Made by a program: the position numbers and the translations under genes
Notes under the pieces: model-generated
Database searches by the model: none
Told to the model about the DNA's origin: nothing
What the model saw: the letters and a program-made list of their open reading frames with translations, nothing else
Shown here: positions 52,814-64,000 of the stretch, one piece after another
How the letters are laid out: every line of letters starts with the position of its first letter
Position numbering within the stretch: position 1 is the stretch's first letter
Origin: an uncultured Chloroflexia bacterium
GTDB lineage: Bacteria > Chloroflexota > Limnocylindria > Limnocylindrales > CSP1-4
Assembly (NCBI GenBank): GCA_963766735.1
Contig: CAVYBU010000017.1
Location: 160,001-224,000, forward strand
DNA length: 64,000 bases
Direction: 5' to 3'

Positions 52814-52963
52814 GGGATCCCTCGCGCTGTACGGATCGGGCGGGCGGGGCCGACGTCCTGTGGCGCGACCTCCGGATCCAGACATGAATGCTAGCGCGCG
52901 GCGCGAACCTGCGACGGACCTGTGCGACAGCCCGCGGCCACGCGCGCGGTATGCTCGACCCTG

Positions 52964-54118
52964 ATGGCTGCACGTCCCTCCGCCCGGACCTCGCGAACCG
53001 CCGGCAAACCGGCCGCCCACGCGCGCCATGCCCGCTGGACCGTGCCGCCGGTCCTCGTGCGCGAGACCCGCAACGGCGTGGTGGAGTCGGTCCACCGCGG
53101 GGACATCGTGGAGGTGGATGCTGCCGGGCTGATGCTCCGCGTCATCGGCGATCCGGATCGACTCGTCTTCCTCCGGTCCACGGTCAAGCCGTTCGGGCTC
53201 CTGGCCCTGCTGCGGGCCGACGGCCAGCGGGAGTTCGACCTCTCGGCCGAGGAGATCGCGGTGATGGCGGCCAGCCACTCCGGCGAGGATGTCCATGTCC
53301 GAACGATCCAGGCGATGTATCGCCGGATCGGGGTGCCCCAGGCGATCCTCGCGTGCAGCTCCGACCCGACGCCCCTCGACGCGCTCACGGCGGCGCGCCT
53401 CGCCCGCGACGGAGAGCGGCCGAGCCAGCTGCGGCACATGTGCTCCGGCCAGCATTCGGCCTTCGTGCTTATCGCCAAGCTGGGAGGCTGGGAGCCGGAG
53501 TCGTACTGGCAGCCCGAGCACCCCGCCCAGGAGGCTTACGCCGACGCGGTCTCGGCGATGTTCGGCGTCGCCCGGCCGGCGCTCCGGACCGGTCTCGACG
53601 ACTGCGGCGTGCCCACCTACGCCTTCCCGCTGCGCGAGGTCGCGCGGGCATACGCGGCCCTTGCCGATCCCTCCGCGATCCCCGCGGACGATCGTCGAGC
53701 CAACCTCGCCCGTCACCTGGAGGTGGTCCGGGACGCGATGATCGCGCACCCGGAGCTGGTCGCCGGAGCGCGGGACCGCCTCGACACCTCGCTCATGAAG
53801 GCCGCCCCGGGCCGCGTGGTCAGCAAGTCCGGGATGGAGGCGCTGCGCGGCATCGGGATCCTGCGCGGACCGCGCGGCAATGGCACCGAGGTGGCCGCGT
53901 CCGGCATGGCGATCAAGATCGAGGACGGGGACGGCTACGAGCGCGGCACCTGGTCCGCGTCGGTGGAGGCCCTCCGCCAGGCCGGTGTCCTCGAGGGTCA
54001 GGCGCTCCGCGTCCTCGCCCGCTACCACCGCCCGCTGTCCCTCGACCCGCACGGCCGGACCGCGGCCGAAGCCATCGCCGACTTCGACCTCGCGCCGGTG
54101 GGCGAGCTGATCGGCTGA
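52964..54118 (+). CDS. Asparaginase II (Rhizobium AnsA-type) family protein
   Basis: VESVHRG, RSTVKP, ASHSG, HMCSGQH, DDCGVP, SKSGME, KIEDG. Confidence 0.88.
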   Translation: MAARPSARTSRTAGKPAAHARHARWTVPPVLVRETRNGVVESVHRGDIVEVDAAGLMLRVIGDPDRLVFLRSTVKPFGLLALLRADGQREFDLSAEEIAVMAASHSGEDVHVRTIQAMYRRIGVPQAILACSSDPTPLDALTAARLARDGERPSQLRHMCSGQHSAFVLIAKLGGWEPESYWQPEHPAQEAYADAVSAMFGVARPALRTGLDDCGVPTYAFPLREVARAYAALADPSAIPADDRRANLARHLEVVRDAMIAHPELVAGARDRLDTSLMKAAPGRVVSKSGMEALRGIGILRGPRGNGTEVAASGMAIKIEDGDGYERGTWSASVEALRQAGVLEGQALRVLARYHRPLSLDPHGRTAAEAIADFDLAPVGELIG

Positions 54119-54171
54119 GGGCGGTCCGTGCTGGGCCGTCCGCCACAACCACCACCACGGAGGCGCGTCCC

Positions 54172-54972
54172 TTGCCCTTCGAGGATGACCCGTACCGGAT
54201 GCTGGGGCTGCCGCCGGGCGCGTCGCTGAACGAGATCCGCTCCGCGTATCGGCGGCTGGCGAAGAAGTACCACCCGGACGCCGCGGGCGATCGGGCGCTG
54301 CCGCGCTTCCTCGCGATCCAGACCGCGTACGAGCGCCTGGTGGACGGCGACGGCCGGTTGCGGCGCCCTTTCGACGTGGCGGCTGGCGACGGCGTCCGGT
54401 CAACCGGCGGGCGCGGGTCGACCCAGGAGCCATGGCGAGCCGAAGCATCGCGAGCCCGGGCGTCGCGGGAGGCGTGGCGGGCCAGGCGGAGGCGGGGCGA
54501 GGGCTCGCAATCGGCCGCCGCCGGCGGAGCGGATCACGGGCCGGGTGGGGGAGCGGATCGCGAACCGGGTGCACGGACGAGTCCGGGCACGAGCGGGGGC
54601 CCGGGTCAACCCGGCGGGCGGCGCCCGGGTCGAGAGCACGACCGGCGACACACCCGTCGCGCCACGGCCGGCAGCACCACGTACGACGAGGCGGCGGATA
54701 CCCCGCTCGACCCGGAGTGGGACGGCGGCGAGTGGTACGGGCCGTCCTCGGGTACGTACTGGACGATCAACCCGCGCGAATACGCGGATCCCCGCAAGCA
54801 CGGCCCCGAGTACCAGGCCCGGGCCCGCCGCCCCGCTGGTCCCGAGGGAGTCGAAGCGGATGCGGCGACGACGACTGGTGCTGGCGATCCCACGCAGGTC
54901 GCCGAGTCCAATGCTCGCCACCTCGGACCGCGCGGTCTGATTGCCATCCTCCGGCGAGCCGCGTCACGCTGA
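54172..54972 (+). CDS. J-domain protein
   Basis: DPYRMLGL..IRSAYRRLAKKYHPD..FLAIQTAYERL; GGAGG before TTG. Confidence 0.85.
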   Translation: MPFEDDPYRMLGLPPGASLNEIRSAYRRLAKKYHPDAAGDRALPRFLAIQTAYERLVDGDGRLRRPFDVAAGDGVRSTGGRGSTQEPWRAEASRARASREAWRARRRRGEGSQSAAAGGADHGPGGGADREPGARTSPGTSGGPGQPGGRRPGREHDRRHTRRATAGSTTYDEAADTPLDPEWDGGEWYGPSSGTYWTINPREYADPRKHGPEYQARARRPAGPEGVEADAATTTGAGDPTQVAESNARHLGPRGLIAILRRAASR

Positions 54973-55063
54973 CCGCGTGAGCTCGCGGCGGGAGGGTGGT
55001 TGCGATCCCGATCGCCCGATCCCTATCGTTCGCAACGCGCACGACTCGCCGTACACTCGCGGC

Positions 55064-55792
55064 ATGCGCCGCACCGCCGCCGCCGACATCTCCGCCGCCG
55101 CCCAGGAATACCTCCTCGCCCTGAGGGTGATGGGATCTGACGGGCGCGTCGCCACCAGCGCCCAGCTCGGACGCCATGTCGGCGTGACGACGCAGGCTGC
55201 CAGCGAGATGTGCCGCCGCCTCGCCGCCGATGGTCTCCTGGAGCCCACAACCGGTCGGGGTTTGGTCCTTACCACCGCGGGCCGAACCGCCGCCGACGCG
55301 ATCTACCGCCGCCACGCCCTGCTCGAGTGGCTCCTCACCTCCGTCGTGGGCCTGTCCTGGGCCGAGAGCGATGCCGAGGCCATGCGCCTCCAGGGTGCCC
55401 TCTCCCCGCGCGTCGAGGCGAAGCTGGACGAGCTGCTCGGGCACCCGGAGGTCTGCCCGCACGGCAACCCGATCGACCTCGAGACGGCCCGCCGCCGGCC
55501 TGACGGCCTGGCGCTGTCGGAGCTCGAGAGCGGGACGAAGGCCACGATCCTGCGGATCACCCAGGAGGCGGAGAAGGACGCAGGGCTGCTGTCGTACCTC
55601 GAGGCCCGAGCGCTCATTCCGGGGACGCACGTTACGGTGCTCGCCCGGTCGGAGTCCCTGGATTCCCTCACGCTCGACGGCCCGCGGGGGCGCGCAACCC
55701 TCGGCCTTCGCCCGGCCTCCCTGATCCGGGTCCTTCCCGGCGAAGCGGATCCGGCCCTGTTCCACCACGTGCCGGCGCCCCTGGGCGCCTGA
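55064..55792 (+). CDS. DtxR/MntR family metal-dependent regulator with FeoA domain
   Basis: QEYLLAL, YRRHALLEWLL, GHPEVCPHGNPI, C-terminal FeoA-like region. Confidence 0.9.
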   Translation: MRRTAAADISAAAQEYLLALRVMGSDGRVATSAQLGRHVGVTTQAASEMCRRLAADGLLEPTTGRGLVLTTAGRTAADAIYRRHALLEWLLTSVVGLSWAESDAEAMRLQGALSPRVEAKLDELLGHPEVCPHGNPIDLETARRRPDGLALSELESGTKATILRITQEAEKDAGLLSYLEARALIPGTHVTVLARSESLDSLTLDGPRGRATLGLRPASLIRVLPGEADPALFHHVPAPLGA

Positions 55793-55873
55793 CCTTCGAC
55801 CGGCGCCGGGCCGATGCCGTCTGCCTGGCCAGCGACCTTCGACCGGCACCGGACCCGCGCCCGCCTGCCTGGC
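55791..55873. repeat. Imperfect tandem duplication (about 43-bp period) starting at the DtxR stop
   Basis: GACCTTCGACCGGC at 55791 and 55834, each followed by CTGCCTGGCC. Confidence 0.65.
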
Positions 55874-55944
55874 CGCTGCCGCCCCTCCTGGCCCGCGCCG
55901 CCCCATCCGCCTGACCCGCGCGCGTCGCCAACTACAATCGGGGC

Positions 55945-57441
55945 ATGCCCTCCGATATCCGCGTCCGCATCGCCCCCAGCCCCACCGGCCCGCTGCACAT
56001 CGGGACCGCCCGCACGGCGCTGTTCAACTACCTGTTCGCCCGCCACACCGGCGGCACGTTCCTGCTCCGCCTCGAGGACACCGACGTCGCCCGCAGCACA
56101 GCGGCGTTTGAGAAGGACATCCTCGATGGTCTCCACTGGCTGGGGATCACCTGGGACGAGGGCCCGGACGTCGCTGGAGCGGGGGAGGCGGGACCGTATG
56201 CCCCCTACCGCCAGATGCAGCGCCTCGCCACCTATGCCGAGGCAGCAGCCCGCCTCCTGGCCGCCGACCAGGCCTACCCCTGCTACTGCCTGCCCGAGGA
56301 GCTGGCCTCGGACCGCAAGGCGCAGGAAGATGCGAAGCTGCCCGCGAGGTACGGCGGGAGGTGCGCCGCGTTGACCCCGGCGGAGCGCGCTTCCCGGGAG
56401 GCCGAGGGCCGGCCGGCGGCGATCCGCTTCCGTGTCCGTCCCGGAGTCGTGGGCTGGGACGACCTCGTGCGCGACCGCGTCGAAATCGACACGGCGAACC
56501 TCGGCGGCGACTTCGTCATCGTCCGGGGCGACGGCAACCCGCTCTACCACTTCACCGTGGTCGTGGACGATGCCGCAATGGAGATCAGCCACGTGATCCG
56601 CGGCGAAGACCACGTCAGCAACACCCCCAAGCACATCCTGCTGTTCGAGGCTCTCGGACACACGCCGCCGGTCTTCGCGCACCTGCCGCTCATCCTCAAC
56701 CCGGACGGGACGAAGATGAGCAAGCGCAAGAGCCAGACCGCGGTAGCCGACTACATCGCGCAAGGGTTCCTGCGGGAGGCCCTGGTCAACTACTTCGCGT
56801 TCATGGGCTGGTCGCCCGGGACGGAGGAGGAGGTCTTCTCCCTGGAGGAGCTGACCGAGCGGTTCGAGCTGGACAAGGTCCAGAAGGGGGGCGCCCGCTT
56901 CGACCGGGAGCGGCTCGAGTGGGTCAACGGCCAGTGGATCCGGCGCCTGGACGACGAGGACCTGGTCTCGCGGCTGATGCCATTCCTGGAGGCGGCGCAC
57001 GTCGCTGGGCAGATCGACCGGACGCCGGGCGAGGACGAGGTGCACGCGCTGCTGCCGATGGTGCGTGAGCGCCTGCCAACCCTCGCGGCCGTCGTGGATG
57101 TGGTGGGCTTCCTCTGGGTGGAAGACCTGGCGGTCGATGCGGATGCCGTCATCCCGAAGCGGTGGGACGCGGCCACGACCCTCGCCGGGCTGGGCGCGGC
57201 CCGCGCGGCCCTCGCCGCGCACGATGACGTCACCTGGGAGGCGGACGAGCTGGAGCCCCCGCTGCGGGCACTGGTCGAGGCGCACGGATGGAAGGCCGGG
57301 GACCTGTTCATGGCTATCCGCGTGGCCACCACCGGGAAGACCGCCACGCCGCCGCTGTTCGACACGCTGGTCGCGCTGGGCCGCGATCGCACGCTCGCCC
57401 GGCTGGACGCGGCGATCGCGGCGCTGGCAGGGGCGGGCTGA
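55945..57441 (+). CDS. gltX: Glutamate--tRNA ligase
   Basis: RIAPSPTGPLHIG, RLEDTD, HVIRGEDH, KMSKR. Confidence 0.96.
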   Translation: MPSDIRVRIAPSPTGPLHIGTARTALFNYLFARHTGGTFLLRLEDTDVARSTAAFEKDILDGLHWLGITWDEGPDVAGAGEAGPYAPYRQMQRLATYAEAAARLLAADQAYPCYCLPEELASDRKAQEDAKLPARYGGRCAALTPAERASREAEGRPAAIRFRVRPGVVGWDDLVRDRVEIDTANLGGDFVIVRGDGNPLYHFTVVVDDAAMEISHVIRGEDHVSNTPKHILLFEALGHTPPVFAHLPLILNPDGTKMSKRKSQTAVADYIAQGFLREALVNYFAFMGWSPGTEEEVFSLEELTERFELDKVQKGGARFDRERLEWVNGQWIRRLDDEDLVSRLMPFLEAAHVAGQIDRTPGEDEVHALLPMVRERLPTLAAVVDVVGFLWVEDLAVDADAVIPKRWDAATTLAGLGAARAALAAHDDVTWEADELEPPLRALVEAHGWKAGDLFMAIRVATTGKTATPPLFDTLVALGRDRTLARLDAAIAALAGAG

Positions 57442-57493
57442 CGGGGACGGCCATGACACCGCGCCCACAGGCCTGCCCGAACATGTTCGACGC

Positions 57494-58186
57494 ATGACAC
57501 GGACGATCCTCGTCGTTGACGACGAGACCACGCTGCGCGACACGCTGGTCGAGGCCCTCGAGATGGAGGGTTATCGAGCCATTCCCGCCGCCGACGGGCG
57601 CGAGGCCCTCATCCGGTTCCGTGCGGACCACCCGGACCTCGTGCTCCTGGACCTGATGCTTCCCGAGCTCTCGGGCGTGGAGGTCTGCCGCATCCTCCGG
57701 GCCGAGTCTGCCGTGCCGATCATCATGCTCACTGCCAAGGATGGCGAGGTGGACAAGGTCGTCGGCCTCGAGCTCGGTGCGGACGACTACGTCACGAAGC
57801 CGTTCAGCCTGCGGGAGTTGACTGCGCGCATCCGGGCGATCTTCCGCCGGGCGGAGCAGAGGGCCTCCGCGGAGATGCCGGCCATCGTGGACCTTGGGCA
57901 CGTCCAGGTTGACCTCACCGGCCACCGGATCCTGCGGGACGGGGAGCAGGTGCCCCTGAAGCCCAAAGCCTTCGAGCTGCTGGCGTTCCTCGTCCGGAAC
58001 CCCGGGCAGGTCTTCACGCGGGACCAGCTCCTGGAGCGTGTCTGGGGCTATGACTACGCGGGCGAGACCCGGACCGTGGACGTCCACGTCCATTGGCTCC
58101 GGGCGGAGATCGAGGCGGACCCGGCGGTCCCGATGCTCCTCCAGACGGTCCGCGGCGTGGGGTACGTACTCCGCCGCCCGGATTGA
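57494..58186 (+). CDS. OmpR/PhoB family response regulator
   Basis: LVVDDE, LLDLMLP, LELGADDYVTKPF, RTVDVH, TVRGVGY. Confidence 0.94.
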   Translation: MTRTILVVDDETTLRDTLVEALEMEGYRAIPAADGREALIRFRADHPDLVLLDLMLPELSGVEVCRILRAESAVPIIMLTAKDGEVDKVVGLELGADDYVTKPFSLRELTARIRAIFRRAEQRASAEMPAIVDLGHVQVDLTGHRILRDGEQVPLKPKAFELLAFLVRNPGQVFTRDQLLERVWGYDYAGETRTVDVHVHWLRAEIEADPAVPMLLQTVRGVGYVLRRPD

Positions 58187-58205
58187 GCGGCCGCGGCGGG
58201 GTGGG

Positions 58206-58249
58206 GGAAGAGTCCCCGGCCCGGTGCGGAAGAGTCCCCGGCCAGGTGC
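58206..58249. repeat. 2 x 22-bp tandem repeat
   Basis: GGAAGAGTCCCCGGCC(C/A)GGTGC twice. Confidence 0.85.
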
Positions 58250-58333
58250 GGGGGCCCATCGACGTCCGGGCGCCACCGCGGTCGCCCGGGTCGGGTTGCC
58301 TCGCGTGCGACACTTCGGGGCAGGAGTGGCGAG

Positions 58334-60376
58334 ATGACCAAGGATCGTGAGGCGCCGGCGCGCGGGCTTGACCCGTCGACCGTGGGTCCAACGGGCACAG
58401 GTCGAACGGACACGCACCGTGCCATGCGGCCGGTTGCCCCCGCCGTCGATGGCGCCGCCTTCGGTTCCCGCGATGGCGCCGCCTCCGTGTTCCCGCCGAT
58501 CGGCGAATACGGCTTCCTGTCCGACGGCGAGGTCACCGCGCTCGTGGCACCCAGCGGCAGCGTCGAGTGGATGTGCCTGCCGCGGTTCGACTCCCCGAGC
58601 GTGTTCGGTGCCATCCTCGACCGCGACGCGGGCCGCTTTCGCCTGGGTCCGGCGGAGGTCATGGTGCCGGCGGCCCGGCGCTACCTGCCGGGGACGATGG
58701 TGCTCGAGACGAGCTGGGGCACCCCGGGCGGCGGCTGGATCATCGTCCGCGACGTCCTCCTGATCGGCCCCTGGCACCACCAGGACGGACGGTCTGCCAC
58801 GCACCGCCGCGCCCCGACGGACTATGACGCCGAGCACGTCCTCCTCAGGACAGTCCGGTGCGTGAGCGGCGAGGTCCAGCTGGCCATGGACTGCGAGCCG
58901 GTCTTCGACTACGGGCGGCTGCTCGGGGACTGGTCGTACACCGGTGACGACTACTTCCAGGGCATTTGCCAGGCCCCAGGTGTCGGCGGGGTGACGCTGA
59001 CGAGCGACATGCGGATGGGGTTCGAGGGGCCGAAGGCGATGGCCAGGACCCTGGTGAAGGATGGGGACACGCGTTTCGTCGCCCTGTCATGGAGGAGTGG
59101 CCGCCCGCCACGGACGACCGAGGAGTGCCACGAGCGGCTCGTCTGGACGGCGCACCATTGGCAGCACTGGCTGGCCCGGGGCCGGTTTCCGGATCATCCC
59201 TGGCGGACCCACCTCCAGCGCTCGGCTCTCACGCTCAAGGGCCTCGCGTACGCGCCCACCGGGGCGATCATCGCCGCCGCGACCACCTCGTTGCCGGAGG
59301 TACCCGGCGGCGCGCGCAACTGGGACTACCGCTACAGCTGGGTGCGCGATTCCACCTTCGCCCTGTGGGGCCTGTACACGCTGGGCTTCGACTGGGAGGC
59401 GAACGACTTCTTCTTCTTCCTGGCCGACATGGCCGGCACCGACGGTGGCGTCCAGGTGATGTACGGCGTGGGCGGCGAGCGCGTCCTCACCGAGCGGACG
59501 CTGGACCACCTCGCCGGGTACGAGGACTCGCGCCCCGTCCGCGTGGGCAACGCCGCCTTCGAACAGCGCCAGCACGACGTGTGGGGTTCGATCCTCGACT
59601 CGTTCTACCTGCACATCAGGTCGCGAGACCGCATCGACGACCGGATGTGGCCGATCCTGAGCGTCCAGGTCGAGGCAGCGATCGAGCACTGGCGCGAGCC
59701 GGATCGCGGGATCTGGGAGGTTCGCGGGGAGCCGAAGCACTTCACCTCGTCCAAGGTCATGTGCTGGGTGGCGACAGACCGCGGCGCGCGCCTGGCCAGG
59801 CTTCTCGGCGACACGGACACGGCCGCCCGATGGCAGGCGGCGGCCGACGAGATCCACGCCGACGTGCTGGCCCACGCCCTCGACAAGCGCGGCGTGTTCA
59901 CCCAGCACTACGACACGGATGCGCTCGATGCGTCGCTGCTCCTGATGCCGCTGGTGCGCTTCCTGCCAGCCGACGACGAACGGCTGCGCCGGACCGTCCT
60001 TGCGATTGCCGACGAGCTCACGGAGGACGGCCTGGTGCTGCGTTACCGGCCCGACCTCACCGACGACGGCCTCGCCGACGGAGAGGGCGCCTTCACGATC
60101 TGCTCCTTCTGGCTCGTGTCGGCCCTGGTCGAGATCGGCGAGCTGGGCCGCGGTCGGCGCCTGTGCGAGCGGCTGCTCTCGCTCGCCAGCCCGCTCGGCC
60201 TGTACGGGGAGGAGACCGATCCGGAGACGGGCCGGCACCTGGGCAACTTCCCACAGGCGTTCACGCACCTCGCGCTGATCAACGCCGTGATGCACGTCAT
60301 CGACGCCGAGAGCCGGCACCCGCACTCCGCTCACCACGCATCGTCGTCGGCGGACATCGCCAAGACCGGACGGTGA
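58334..60376 (+). CDS. Glycoside hydrolase family 15 (trehalase/glucoamylase-like)
   Basis: WMCLPRFDSPSVF, AAATTSLPE, RNWDYRYSWVRD, GIWEVR, LGNFPQAFTH. Confidence 0.93.
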   Translation: MTKDREAPARGLDPSTVGPTGTGRTDTHRAMRPVAPAVDGAAFGSRDGAASVFPPIGEYGFLSDGEVTALVAPSGSVEWMCLPRFDSPSVFGAILDRDAGRFRLGPAEVMVPAARRYLPGTMVLETSWGTPGGGWIIVRDVLLIGPWHHQDGRSATHRRAPTDYDAEHVLLRTVRCVSGEVQLAMDCEPVFDYGRLLGDWSYTGDDYFQGICQAPGVGGVTLTSDMRMGFEGPKAMARTLVKDGDTRFVALSWRSGRPPRTTEECHERLVWTAHHWQHWLARGRFPDHPWRTHLQRSALTLKGLAYAPTGAIIAAATTSLPEVPGGARNWDYRYSWVRDSTFALWGLYTLGFDWEANDFFFFLADMAGTDGGVQVMYGVGGERVLTERTLDHLAGYEDSRPVRVGNAAFEQRQHDVWGSILDSFYLHIRSRDRIDDRMWPILSVQVEAAIEHWREPDRGIWEVRGEPKHFTSSKVMCWVATDRGARLARLLGDTDTAARWQAAADEIHADVLAHALDKRGVFTQHYDTDALDASLLLMPLVRFLPADDERLRRTVLAIADELTEDGLVLRYRPDLTDDGLADGEGAFTICSFWLVSALVEIGELGRGRRLCERLLSLASPLGLYGEETDPETGRHLGNFPQAFTHLALINAVMHVIDAESRHPHSAHHASSSADIAKTGR

Positions 60377-60505
60377 GCGCGTCGGTGGCGCCCGATGCGG
60401 AGGACGGCCAGCCCGACGACGGCGACAGGTAGCGCCTTCGCGTCCGGCGTCGACTACGTGTTCCCGCGGGACTGACGCGCCGCGCGAGCGCGCAGGGGCC
60501 GCCGT

Positions 60506-61120
60506 TCAGGCGTTCTTGGCGACGATGAGCTCCAGGACCTCGCCCGCGTCCTCGGCGGCGTCGATCATGTTCTCCATGGCCGTGTAGATGTCACGCCACT
60601 TGATGACGTCGATTGCCTCGTGGCCGCCGCGGAACAGGCGCGCCACAGCGGCGCGGGACAGGCCGTCCGCCTCGTTCTCGAGGTCGTGGACCGCCTTGAG
60701 GTGCGGCTCCAGGTCCTTGAGCCGATCCAGCTTGCCGATGGCATCGTTCAACTGGCCTGCCTGCGCGGCCAGGACGCCCGCCAGGCGGCGCGCATCGTCG
60801 GTCGGCTCCTTGACGTCGTAGATGACGAACGTCTCCGCGACCTCCTGGATGCGGTCGAGCACGTCGTCCATCCGCGACACCAGGTCATGAATGTCCTCGC
60901 GGTCGAACGGGGTGATGAACGCGCGATCGAGGCGCACCTCGACCTCGATCTCGATCTCGTCGCCGTGGTGTTCGAGCGCCCGGATCTCGGCGACGCGCTC
61001 GTCGAGCCGGTCATAGGTGCCGATCATGTCCTCGAGCCTGCGGGCTGCGTCGAGCGTGGTCCTGGCGTAGTCGACGAACAGCTCCTGGAACTTCTCGTCC
61101 TTCGGGATCAGTCGCACCAT
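60506..61120 (-). CDS. DUF47 family phosphate transport regulator (PhoU-like)
   Basis: LEHHGD, FITPFDREDI, LENEAD, IKWRDIY. Confidence 0.92.
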   Translation of the reverse strand: MVRLIPKDEKFQELFVDYARTTLDAARRLEDMIGTYDRLDERVAEIRALEHHGDEIEIEVEVRLDRAFITPFDREDIHDLVSRMDDVLDRIQEVAETFVIYDVKEPTDDARRLAGVLAAQAGQLNDAIGKLDRLKDLEPHLKAVHDLENEADGLSRAAVARLFRGGHEAIDVIKWRDIYTAMENMIDAAEDAGEVLELIVAKNA

Positions 61121-61187
61121 CGTGGTCCCCTTCGCTGGTTCGTGGAGGTTGTGCTGGTCTGGCGCGGCCGGATGCCGCAGGTGTCGG

Positions 61188-62192
61188 TCACCCCATGCCG
61201 ACGGCGTTCAGGACGTACCACGAGAGTGCCCCGAAGAACATCGTCGCCGGGAACGTGAGCACCCAGGCGCCCAGGATGCTGCGGGCGACGCCCCAGCGGA
61301 CACCCTTCACGCCCTTGGTCGACCCGACACCCATGATCGCGCTCGAGATGACGTGCGTCGTCGAGACCGGCATGCCGAACACGGCGGCACCGTAGATCAC
61401 GGTTGCTGCGGTCGTCTCTGCGGCGAACCCGTGGATGGGCTCGAGGTCCACGACCCTATGCCCCATCGTGTGCATGATCCGCCAGCCGCCGACCGCCGTG
61501 CCCAGGCTGAGCGCGGTGGCGGAGATCACGATCACCGGCACCGGGATGGTCTGTGCGTCGGGAAGAACGCCGCCGGCGACCAGCGCCAGGGTGATGATGC
61601 CCATCGTCTTCTGGGCATCGTTGGAGCCGTGGGCGAACGCCATGAACCCGGCCGAGAAGACCTGTGCCCGACGGAAGCCCGTGGTGAGCGGACGGCGCCG
61701 GACGCGACGGAAGACCCAGTAGAGCAGGAGCATCAGCCCGAACGCGATGGTGAAGCCGATGATCGGCGACGTGACCAGGGGGATGATGACCTTGTTCCAG
61801 ATGCCCGGCAGGTTCAGCTGGTCGAAGCCCGCGCCGACGATCGTCGCGCCCAGCAGGCCGCCAATCAGTGCGTGGCTGCTGGAGCTGGGCAGGCCCAGCC
61901 TCCACGTGATGAGGTTCCACGTGATCGCGCCGATGAGCGCCGCGGCCACGATCGCCTGCGTGGTGCTGGCGTCGTCGACGAGGCCGGCGCCGATGGTCTT
62001 GGCAACCGCTGTGCCGGCGAATGCGCCGATGAAGTTGAATGAGGCCGCCATGAGGATGGCGTACTGCGGCCGCAGCGCCTTCGTGGCGACCGAGGTGGCG
62101 ATCGCGTTCGCCGTGTCGTGAAAGCCGTTGACGTAGTCGAAGAAGACAGCGAGCGCAATGACGACGAGAAGCGTGAGGGTGATGCCTTCCAC
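61188..62192 (-). CDS. Inorganic phosphate transporter (PiT family)
   Basis: NGFHDTANAIAT, LPSSSSHALIGG, HGSNDAQKTMG, PVSTTHVISS. Confidence 0.94.
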   Translation of the reverse strand: MEGITLTLLVVIALAVFFDYVNGFHDTANAIATSVATKALRPQYAILMAASFNFIGAFAGTAVAKTIGAGLVDDASTTQAIVAAALIGAITWNLITWRLGLPSSSSHALIGGLLGATIVGAGFDQLNLPGIWNKVIIPLVTSPIIGFTIAFGLMLLLYWVFRRVRRRPLTTGFRRAQVFSAGFMAFAHGSNDAQKTMGIITLALVAGGVLPDAQTIPVPVIVISATALSLGTAVGGWRIMHTMGHRVVDLEPIHGFAAETTAATVIYGAAVFGMPVSTTHVISSAIMGVGSTKGVKGVRWGVARSILGAWVLTFPATMFFGALSWYVLNAVGMG

Positions 62193-62418
62193 GATGCCGG
62201 CGCGCCTCGAGTGCGTGTTGGGTCGAGAAGTCGCGCGGGCGGCCGGACGAACCGGCGCCAGTGTCCGCGATCACCGGAGCATACCGGCGATCGCGGCGCG
62301 CGATGGACACTGTTCGCGGACGCCACCAGGGGCCGCGAGGAGGCCGACCCGGCCAGACGCCCGATGGGCAGCGCAGGCCGATTGCAGTCCCGCGCGCCTC
62401 GCCCGGTATCCTTCGGCC

Positions 62419-64000
<1,582 letters not shown>

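Noticed and set aside
52169-54574. 801-aa Upp fusion
   Set aside because: The upstream part is the antisense shadow of the asparaginase and J-domain genes; Upp homology starts at 52813

Overview
High-GC (roughly 70% by eye) bacterial chromosomal segment, densely coding, with about 60 genes and no rRNA, tRNA, CRISPR array, transposase or phage gene that I can recognise. Gene content and style suggest a monoderm, possibly Chloroflexota (inference). Main blocks, in order: RND efflux/MarR; YcaQ glycosylase; a PAPS-supply plus sulfotransferase-like cluster (cysD, cysN, TauE, degenerate Sat-CysC); Eis; sufB-sufD-Rieske with an Rrf2-like operator; SDR/EamA/penicillin acylase/ornithine cyclodeaminase; VIT1 and cupin; manA; Lrp; lgt/plsC; pckA-mdh; subtilase; a second, degenerate lgt; a broken multicopper oxidase; Fe-ADH; a reductive pyrimidine-catabolism divergon that has an LLM (F420-type) oxidoreductase where a dihydropyrimidine dehydrogenase is expected; TetR/SnoaL; an ECF sigma/anti-sigma pair; AlkZ; upp; asparaginase II; J-domain protein; DtxR; gltX; OmpR-type regulator; GH15; DUF47-PiT; proS (truncated). 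At least six loci carry small indels that look like assembly errors, including the one behind the apparent Lgt-PlsC fusion. Leaderless genes are common. Several intergenic regions carry short tandem duplications, some copying the stop codon of the upstream gene. Best candidates for novel biology: the F420-type pyrimidine pathway with its palindromic operators, the sulfation cluster, the degenerate second Lgt and the variant asparaginase active site.
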